Assembly: GCA_051362555.1 (NCBI GenBank)
Contig: CM120645.1
Span: 19,344,001-19,408,000, forward strand
Length of the DNA stretch: 64,000 bases
Source: Lingula anatina
Taxonomy: Eukaryota > Animalia > Brachiopoda
Reading direction: 5' to 3'
In this document: positions 50,301 to 61,100 of the stretch, piece by piece
Layout of the letters: each line of letters begins with the position of its first letter
How positions within the stretch are numbered: position 1 is the stretch's first letter
Position numbers and translations under genes: made by a program
The notes under the pieces: generated by a model
Told to the model about the DNA's origin: nothing
Database searches by the model: none
What the model saw: the letters and a program-made list of their open reading frames with translations, nothing else

Positions 50301-53300
50301 CCACCTTCAGTGTTGCACTGAGGTATATATATCTTTTAGAATTAAAGAGAGTTTTTAGTTCAGCAACTAATGGCTGCTTCTCCCATGAAAATGCACTGAC
50401 TCAGGATGTTAAAAGAAGATCCCAAGTGTAACTTCTAACCATTATATCAAAGTAAATTAGTACAAACAAATATTCAACTGCAGATAAGTAATTTTTTACA
50501 AAATTTTGGACCAATTGACCTTGAAGTATAGGTCAAAAGTCAAATCTAAGCTCATATTCAAAATCTCCACATCAATTTTAGGCTTACCTCCACAGTAATT
50601 TTCCTATAATTCCTTCAGTTTGGAGATATTTAACAAAATATGCTGAAAAAAGAGAGAAAAAAACAACAGGCTAGCATAACTTTTGAAGAATTGGTATGGT
50701 CAAGCTGACTTTGGAATTCAACCTCTATTTCAGTAATATTGACCACTTCTGTAAGTTTGAAGACAATAGGCCTATCACTTTTCCTTTAAATGTGTTGTCT
50801 GTATTGAACATGGTAAAATATATGCTGTAAAAAAAATAAAAAACAACATAACTTTTTATAAAATGGCCGGAGCATTTTTATCTATTAACCTGACCAGAAC
50901 ATTACGTATATTCATCAGTTCCGTAAGTTTTAAGAAAATCATTCAAATGATTTTTCACTTACTATAGTGTTTTTTCTGAAAGAGCACAATGATGATGGCC
51001 ACAACAAATGCAGATGAAGGCTATATTTATTGTGCCATATCTATGTGTGCTATGTGTCTGTAAAAAGGCATTAGAATAGGAACCACTCAGAATATATCAT
51101 AATCCCAGTATGGGCTTAAGAAATCATCTGATTCCCCACCAACCTGTCTTTGAGTTCTTTGCTTGAATATCTAGACTGGATATTAAACATGACAAATCCG
51201 AGTTAAACGAGGATGGAGTCTAATTACTAGTAACTTCAGTGACCATTTAATTCATCAAGACAGGTGAAAGGTAGAGGGAGGGGGTCATTTGATGTTACTC
51301 TAAGTAACTAAGATAATAAAATTATTTTTATTTAAATAGGATTCCAATAAGTATCCTTTACAGAAAAAAACCTCTAAATTACTCCCCTGAGAAGGACTGA
51401 AGTGTTAAAAACTGTCATTTAACCAAAGTAAAAATAACTGTCCATATTGCTCCCATAAGACGTTTGCATAAATTCACAGAACAATATTTTATTTAGTAAT
51501 ACACTGTATATGTGGTATATAAGATGAAATTACGTAAGCCATGCACAAATAGTAACTACATATTCCTTTTTGTATTCCTACAGCCTTGCACTACTTAATT
51601 TTATTATAATAAATATGTGAACTGTTTACACATAATACTGAGAGAGAGAGAGAGAGAGGGAGAGAGATAAAAAAGATTTTTACAATGGAACTCCATGCAT
51701 GAACCTACTCAACTAGAGGATCAGAGAGGCGATACCGCCTCCGAATATTGTACCACCAGCTGGAGCAAGCACATTCGTATAGACCCCCACATACACAAAG
51801 TAAGGGACACAGCCACCAGTCTTGTGCTTGACAAGCTGTAAAAATGCAATCAACAAGAATTTTCAAAATATGCAAAAAATATATATAACTTAAAATGGTA
51901 CAATCAAAGTGAATTCATCGTAAGGTAGGTCAAAGGTCAATTTCAAGGTCACAGTAAATTGCCAGTATATGACTTCCTATTCAAGTTAAATATTAACTAT
52001 GGACCTATCTCTGCCAGTTTTGGAGATAAAAGGGAAGCAAGATTCGCAAAGTTCAGTTCATGGTGAAAAGTAGGCCAAAGGTCAATTTTAAGGTCACATT
52101 TAGATTGCCAGTATATGACTTCCTATTCAACTTCAATAGTAACTATGGACCTATCTCTGCCAGTTTTGGAGATATAAGGGACTAAATGTTATAATTTTGG
52201 AGTTACCATAATGTGCCATAAATTTCCTACAGAAAAAATTAATTAAAATAAAGAAAAGGTCATTTTGGTCAAAATTCTTGAAATGGGAGGTGTTCTGAAG
52301 TTCCAGAAGTTCAAATTTGATGAAATAATGTCATTTTTGACCACAAGTTGTCTGCTTTGCCAAGCCTTATATATATTTTTTTTCTGGAGTTCAAAATTTA
52401 TTATCCATTACCGTACTGCACATTTTGCTTTCACCACCAATATGTACTTTTTGATATAGCGTAACTCGCAAACCGTATGGAATACAAAAAAATGGAGACC
52501 ACTTGCAGTGTTGGGCTTTACATGCTCTACAAAATGCAAAAAAGAATGGGTCTCTAGCGTTAACGGTTCCCGAATTAGAGACAGTTTTCAGTTTCGGTAT
52601 CTTATGGCCGCTACTCCTGTGAAAATGCACCGATTGACCCCAAATTCACGGAGATGAAAGATGACCTGAAGGGTAACAACTTCCAATAATATTATTGGTT
52701 AAGTCTGTGTGGTGTCTGAATAACAGGGCAAATAATTTTTTTTTCGTAAAAAAATTAATTTTTTTGAAAATTTTGGCCCGTTTGACCTTGAAATAAAGGT
52801 CAAAGGTCAAATCCAAGGGCATATTTGAAATCTACACATATGACTTTTGGAAAGCCGTCTGTAGAAATTTTTCCCATAATTCCATCCGTAGGGTAGATAA
52901 TTAGCATTTAATTTTGCCATTTTTAGACAAGGGTGCATTGCAATGAGTGCCACACCTAGACCCAAATACCAACAAAGCCCAAATTTTACGTGGAACGAGT
53001 TGAGATTATAGGTGACCTAAATCCAAGAGATGGGTACGGGGGCCCTTACCGTCTAGGAGGAAAAGCGGTAACGGTAGCTGTCCGGCGGAGCCGCAGGAGC
53101 CGGCGGAGCCGGCGGAACGATCCGGACGGGACTAAAACCATGTGTACCGCCAGCGCTAACGCTGGTGGTACAATAACAGTTAATAATACAGAAAATTTCC
53201 TCTTTTCATGAATGTTTACCCTAATAATTTCATTATTATAGCCCAAACTTGTCCCCGGGCATGCAGAGGGCTTCCAGGCAGAGATGGGAGGGATGGAAAA

Positions 53301-54003
53301 CCTGGAAGAGACGGAAAACCTGGAAGAGATGGGAGAGATGCTTCAAATCAAAATGGAAGCAAGGGAAGCCAGGTCATGCAGACAGATTGTTTTCCTAGAC
53401 TTTAATTCAACTTAAATATCTATTTATAACTTATATTTAGGATGGCCTAGATGCCTTCAAAATATGACTGATAAAAATCAAAGAATCTTGATGACATGAC
53501 TAATTCCTAAATGTGGCCCTTCAAGTAAGAGTGAAAAGTCATGCCTCACATATAGTTTCCTTACAAAAATCACCTTTTTTATCTTCCCCAGGGTCCCCCT
53601 GGTCCTGCTGGTCCCCCTGGTCCTGCCGTGACAGATGACAGAATCAAACAACTTATTATAGATCTAGGTAAATCATCTTTGCTTGCTTGCGAGACAAATG
53701 TTTCAGTGCTGCTTCTATCCTTCCTGAAAGGCACTTGATAACATGACTGAGTCAGCAATGTCCAAGCTCTAGAAGTATGTAAATTAACAAGGCAGTCATG
53801 TAATTGATGCCCTTTGATGAAGGTGACAAACACATTTAATGTCCTTGGGAAAAATCTCTTTTTTTTACCAACTCGACCATTGTTTGTGTTTACAGATTTG
53901 CAACATAAAGCAGCTGGCCATGGATCTGTGTACACAAGATGGGGGAGAACTAACTGCAGTTCCTCTTCTCAACTCCTATATGAAGGTATTACATGCAGCA
54001 TTG

Positions 54004-54045
<42 letters not shown>

Positions 54046-55189
54046 ATGCGTGTGTGCATGAGTGCATGTGTCTTGAAGGATATTCACAGCTCATGTCATT
54101 ATGTTATTGATTCGGTTCTCCTTTAAAGGGGTAGATTAAACATTTACAGATGGGTTTATGAGTTACTAAGGGTGAATATTTGGTTAGTTGTGTTCAAAAC
54201 AAATCTGAACTCTGTTTGGTCTTATAAGCTTCTGGTTTGTTCTATGAACAATGTGAATCTGTTTGGCAATATAGAGATTACCACAACACCAGGTCATTCT
54301 AAGACATCTGTACACAGTAGTTTGCTGGGTCAGTACATTCTTGAAATGTATAGTGGCCACAGTGTTCAGTGCCAAAGTGAACAGTTGAGTTTTCAGTCCC
54401 CCTACATATTTTGATCCACTGTTCAACATTTCATTTTTGAAAGAGTCTTCAACATGCAGCAACTTATGCATGTTCTTTTTACAGGGTATGCAGCTAGTGC
54501 GTATTATTCACATTCAGGAGGAGGAAGCAACTACCTGTGCCTACCTAAAGTCCCACAATGGGGCCATTATCAAAATGGCCTCCAAAGTGGATCGTATATA
54601 TATGGCACTGAATATGAAATGGGGGCTTACAGCAATGACCCATTCCTGAAGACCAATGCAGGAGGCGAGAATTTCAAGTACCACGATGCCCCATGTGCTG
54701 TTTGTTACACCCAAGGCCGCACCAGTCATGTTATGATTCCAGCCTGGAAGACGTGTCCTGCCGGGTGGACACCAGAATATCATGGTTACCTGGTTTCAAG
54801 CTATTATAGCAATGGAAAAAGCCAATATATCTGCCTTGATGAGGCCCCTGAAGTTGTTGCAGCAAGTGCAGCCCAAAAATTTGGTTCTCTTTTCTGTACA
54901 GTTGAAGTTGATTGTGGTTATGCCCTCCCTTGTCCTGAGTACAAAGAAGGGAGAGAACTCACCTGTATTGTGTGCTCTAAGTAAATCAAATATGAAATGA
55001 TAAAACTGTGGGGCAAGATGCTAACAGCTGTGAAGAACTATCTCATTATTTATTCAGATCAAAGATTCATACAATGCTGAACTTCAAAATAACATTCAGA
55101 ATTTCCTTTCTTTGTCTCATAATCTGACGATAAGTATTTAGATTTTAATTAAAAAGATTTCAAATGTCCTTAGGCACCATGTTGCTGCA

Positions 55190-55220
<31 letters not shown>

Positions 55221-58095
55221 GGCTATTTATAATTGTCAAAGGTGCAAAGAACTTGTGATTTTACCCAATCATCTTTTATGGTGTCATGTTACCATGATCT
55301 TAAAGTGACACTGCTCTTCACATTGTGTTAGGGACAACTTGAAGAAAAAAGTCAAACTGTGCATAGACACTCTCATTGCTCCAAACCAAAGCTATATACA
55401 ATTTACCTGCTGAAAATGTCCCCTACATGCAGTAAATAACCTCCTGTTCTTATGCTAGATATTGGTATCTCTGATATCTTAAGTTCATACACAGCAGTTG
55501 GAAAAAGGACTCTACACAACATGGTGTCTGGGATACAAAGAATTGTAATTATAAGCAGATATGTAGAAAAGAATTATCTGTTATTAAACGGAAGGTTATC
55601 TGTTCCTAGACTCACACCAATGTTTAAAATTTAATGCAATTACTCTAGATCTATCTGATATCACTTTGGCTTAAGAAAATAAAGAACAGTTCTTTCTATT
55701 TTCAATTTTTAATGGAAATCACTGGTATTGCTTTGCCTTGCACTTTTGAGGTATTATGGCTTTAAAATATATTTACCCATTTTTGTGCATCCTGCTAGTT
55801 TTTGAAAGCACCAAAGCATGTATCTTGTCAGCTAATCAACAACAGATTATTCAGACTATTCAGATTTACGCTGGTGCTAGTGAAAGTTTCAGATTAATGT
55901 AAGAATTATTATCCAGACTTGAAAAGAATACCAAAATATATAGGAACAATATTCAGTATTGCATATGATAGCTGAAATGATAAAGAGTAACTAATTAACA
56001 AATGAAATATAGGACGGGTATAAAATTAGCAAATAAAAGTTCTAAAAAAACTGTTAATGTATTTTATGTTCTGCTTGGTATCTAAAAATGTTTGCTCATT
56101 TCAATTTCAACACTTCAGCAAATATAATCAAAATTATATCTTTATTCACTACCCTTTGTGATATTTGTTATTGTTGATGAAAAAAAGTATTACACTTATT
56201 GAAGATAGAAGAGGCCAAATTCCTTTGGCCACTTATTTTCACTATTAGTACGAACATACGTATTAAAAATATATATATATATTCACATACGTCTCTATTA
56301 AAATGTTTATCTAGAAATGAGTAACAGTTGATTTATCTATAAATATGTTATTGCTTTTTCATTTTTGAAGGAAACAAAAGCATGTTAGCTGCTCCCCTGT
56401 CCAACACACGTGCTCAGAAAGAGAGAGAGAGAGAGAGCTACACCTATACCTCAGAGAGCTTGCCCTCAATCGATGTGCCTCAATGGAGATTACCCCTCTA
56501 GGGCACAATTGGGCATGTGCAGAATGCACATGTGCGTAACTAAGCTCTGGAGATTGTTGTCGCCATAAAATGTCGTTTGACTACGCCAAACTTTCCTATT
56601 CTGCAACATTTTCCTTTTGTAAGCTATGTACTGCACTAAGTAACACATGACAAGGAAATACAACCCAATCTTCAGATTCATATTCACCTCACAACTTAAA
56701 AAGATAACTTCAGGAACAAAAATTGAGAATTGTCCTCTAAATCAATAACAATTCTTGGCAATCATTCCAATCAAATTACAGATTAAAATAACAAGAAAGC
56801 ATATTATTTCAACAGAACTGCTATACAATATATCAATCCTCTCTAGGGGCCTAAAAATAACATTACATAGCCCAGGAGGTTTGCTAGCTGTATACTTAGA
56901 AGTATGATAATATAGCAGGGTCAAATCCAGAGATATTTTCTGACAGTCTTCCAAATTATCCCTGTGCATTCGCTATTTATTTTTGACCATCTTCTGACAT
57001 AAAAAATTAGATGCCCATCAATGTGAACCTGAAAATTCTGACTGTCTTCCCAAAGACCCAGAAGAAGGCCTCCATCTGCCCTTCTATAGTACAGTCACCT
57101 TGGGCCAAAACATAGGATAAACAGGATTGTATTCCTTACAGTAACAAATCATTCTTATTCATTCATTTATACCCACTGCTGAACATTTTAGATATATATT
57201 AGTTATGCTCACTTCGGGCCTACACAGCCATAAACCTGATCACACACAGCGGGGAACATCCGTGTAGTCACCTGAGAAAATTGTTATCAGTTTCCAGTAT
57301 GATGAACTTCAAATTATTACAATACTTATATTTTGGACACCTAAACTGGAACCCCATGAAAAATGTTATGTGCAAATAAACAAAATACTTGGACTCTTGA
57401 CTTGAGCATGTTGCTGAGGCTGCTGCTGTTCCACCCAAAGGGTGAAAGATAATATAATAATGATGATGATGATTATGATACAGTTTTAGTTTTACTACTT
57501 CTGTCAATCTAGTACATCTTTGCTATAATCGTTACGCCTCCTGACAAGTTGTGTGTCAGAAAAAATCAATGCTCAGGTCGATTTATTTTCCAAAGATGAC
57601 AAACAAAGGGGATAAAAAGCAATTACTGAGCGACATATGTTAAACTTCACCTGATGAAGTAATGAATAGACAATAAGACCTTTTCTCTATAATAGAAGGT
57701 CACATAACATGGACTAGGAAACAAAGGTTTGGAAAGAGAAAACAGTCCAAACCTTTTCAAACATAAGTTACTGTCAGACATCAGACCCTTCTTTTTCAAT
57801 TAAACATCATGTCAGTTGAGAAAACATGATAATGATAATTTTTTATTGTACCAAAAGGGAGGAAAAGAAATATGAAGCAGCACAATGATTTATTATCTGT
57901 CGCTCACCTAGTGTAGTAAGGCAGTGGTAAGATCACCCTCTTCCAGTTAAAGAACACATCTGACGGGAATGTGGTATCAGTGTGGAAGGACACACAGTCC
58001 ACACTGGACGGTAGGCAGTGACTGGCCACCAGTGACCAAGTTTTCCCCATGTCCAGAGAATACTCTAAATGGATCCCTGGTGTAAAACAGTGCTT

Positions 58096-58142
<47 letters not shown>

Positions 58143-61100
58143 GGGAAAGAAGAATTTCATCAAGCAACATAATGGTTCATTTTTTAAATCTTTATATTAA
58201 GTTTGATATATATAGTAATAATATTAATGATTAACACATCTGATTCAGTGTCTTATTTCCCTTCACTGGGCATTATATTTCATAGTCCCTTTAGCACTAC
58301 CTGTTTAATGTATACTTGTAACAAGTGTTAAAGTTATAGTTAATTGGTGCAAAACTCTTACCGTAACATTTGTCCATCTTGTTACAGCCCATGGCAAGTT
58401 CAAACTGTACAAATGTGTTCTCTCTGACGACAATATCAGAAGTGACTGCAAACCGCGGTGTACCTTCACCTAGAAAATAGCAAAATTTAAACTAATTATA
58501 ATGTGATGTTTCTTGTCATTTGCAAAGTTAAATTCAAATTCAACATTGCGTTCAGTGAGGGGGCTTAGTGGGTCATACACTCCCCCAAGTTTTGGAAGTA
58601 GCACCCCTTTCTCCCCTCCCCCTAAAGGAAAACAAGCAAACAAGACAAATCTAAGCAATATATTCATCTATGTGCCCTGCATATCATATAAATTGCCCTT
58701 GTCTACTATTTTATATTTGCAGAGTGAGGAAAATTTTTGTCATTGTTCAACAACCTCCAGCTAATTCTTGGATCTGCCAGTGAAACAATATATATTAATA
58801 ACTCACTGATATCACTTTTCTGAGGTCTGCAAAACAGCTAACTGACCTCAGCTAAAGTCTATAATTATTGTATAATGTCAGAAATTACAGAAATCTAAAG
58901 TGCATCTGTTAAATTACCTAGAAAACAAAGTATTGTTTCCAAATTTAGATAAACCCTTGCTATAAACTTCAATTTCAAGTAACTTAATTGATATAAAATT
59001 ATTAAATAATTAAAATCAACCAACTCCCTGACAGAAATATACCAGCATTAAAACATCACAAAACTCAAAATAAAGAATATATTCATTTTCATACAAAAAT
59101 TACAAAAACAAATCAAAATTTAAAGTCATATACTAAATTTAGTGTAACACCACTGACCATCTACCTGAAAACTGTAAGGCATATTTTCCAGGGTGACATA
59201 CACCTGTCTGCAGTTGTCCACCGGCAAGTGTCAACCAATGTGTGTCTTTCACGGCAACAAAGTCATCCTGTAGGGCCACCTCCCCCATAATGTTACCACC
59301 AATAAATATCTGAGAAAGCAAATAAATAAATAAAATAAAAACCTATCAAATGTCATGATGATTACAATTAAAAACAATAAAAGATAAAAATACAAGTGCA
59401 TCATTTGTTAAAGTAGTAGTGTTATAAGGCCTGTTGTTATTTATAATTAAGCAAACATGGAAGACATCTTCTATATCTTTATTGATAAATATCCTGAATA
59501 AAATGATATGAAAGTTCATTCTTTCTTTAAAATATTAATAAAATAAATAATATGATGAAATAAATTTTTTATTGCCCCTTGTGTAATGATGGTGAAGAAG
59601 GCATTTTTTAATTACTGAAACAAGTTTTTTACCATGTTTTTTTAACCCTCTATCCAAGGACATTGTGATATGTTCAAAGGCATTTTATGAAAGGTTGAAA
59701 TGATGTGTCACACAATAACTGATATAAAAAAAAATTTAGTCTCCTTAGAGAAAATTTATCTTTACTATTTTTACTTCTAAACAAAATCTGTTTTTTTCTC
59801 CCGACAAAAAGCTTATTATTTATATAGTTATCATTAATTTAGTAAGGTATCTCATCTTTACATCATCAAGAGCCCATTCATCCCTGTAAGTTCCATCAGA
59901 ACTGGGCTGCCACCATCTCACTCTGACAGCCTTCTCTCTGGCTTCCTCTGGCCATGGTAACGCGACATACTCCGCCATCTTGGATGTGCCATTGAACGAG
60001 AATGCTTCCATCGTGGTCCATGATATCCCGCCATTGGTGGAATACTGCAGGAGCACTGGCTGTGTCGTGGGGTCAGAGGTCACAGGGCTGCAGCCACGTT
60101 TTATTGTAAACTGGACAACACTGGAATTTATGGGACACAGTAAATACTCATCATAAAATACTTTAAAATTTATGCTTATTTTGGTGGTTTTTCTAATATG
60201 AATGTCATTTTTCCAAAGGTAATACTAACCTGCCTTGGAAGATTTGTTTCTTGATATCTTGACATGTACAAACATCAATATTCTTACATGCCCTCATATG
60301 CACATACATGCACAAACATGTACACACATACAAATATAAGGTAGTGCACAACACATTGTTCAACACTACCTGGCCTGAGTAAGGTCAAGGTCCCTGCTGA
60401 CCAGTCCTCTGACCCCTGAGCTGGTGGTGTGGAAGGCATTCCCTGTGACCAACTGACCACACTTCTTGGTCAACTCGCCCCCACTGTGTAACACCCACTT
60501 CCTGTCTGAGATGGCTGCATCTAAAAGAATGAACAAAATTATTTTCTCAATTAGAAGAAAACAATGAATGAACACTTTAAGTTGCAGATGAAGAAAAATT
60601 AGAAGAGGAATTAAACTAAGCTACAAGAAAATATCACAACATAGATATTAGAATTTTATTTCTTTAATTTTCTTTAAAAAACCTTAACTTTAATACAATG
60701 TGATAAACAAGCATCATTTTTTGACAAAAATAAATTAGTCTCAAAACATTCTCACTCAAAATTATATCTCTTGACCAACTATGTTCGAAAAACCTTAAGT
60801 TAGTCCTTTCCACAAACAGACCCTGCCATGTTTACCATTGAAATCATCCTTCAGGTACTTAGGGTTCCCCTTCGCGGTTTCACAGCCGCTTCCATCATAT
60901 GTATCATCGCACTGACACAAAACTCCAGCGACACAGGTGCCATGTCCACTGCAGTGATCTCTACAGCTATTCCCTATGTAGACATTGTCCAGGCTCCACT
61001 CCGGGGTAAATTCTCGTTCACCAAAATACCCTTGATACCAACGGAAACGTGCAGTCCTGGAATATTTTTGAAAGACATCACTCACAAACAGCTTAACTTA

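Larger units (their letters stand above)
48097..54984 (+). pseudogene. Nested short-chain collagen C4-like gene, copy 3, frameshifted (premature stop at codon 45)
   Basis: Exons 48097-48332 (236 nt vs 234), 48563-48683, 53242-53372, 53592-53667, 53896-53985 and 54485-54984. cgaatgtcac has become cgaatttgacac, giving in-frame TGA at 48229-48231. The other exons are open. Confidence 0.8.
45626..57630 (+). repeat. Tandem segmental duplication unit 3 (~12.0 kb)
   Basis: Starts at the second junction and ends aattactgag at 57630, followed by unique cgacatatg; the 3' quarter is noticeably more diverged. Confidence 0.9.
21635..57907 (-). other. 36.3-kb reelin intron (phase 2, in sub-repeat 6A) hosting a triplicated nested gene
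   Basis: Donor after ...LPLPYYT(ag) at 57908 and acceptor before (a)SRSTRLRW at 21634 join as [16 protein letters not shown]; no reelin-like exon was found in between. Confidence 0.9.

Noticed and set aside
22173-57630. Triplication as a pure haplotype mis-assembly
   Set aside because: Three distinct units, each with private TSD-flanked insertions and a novel junction present twice, favour real duplication; long reads are still needed for proof
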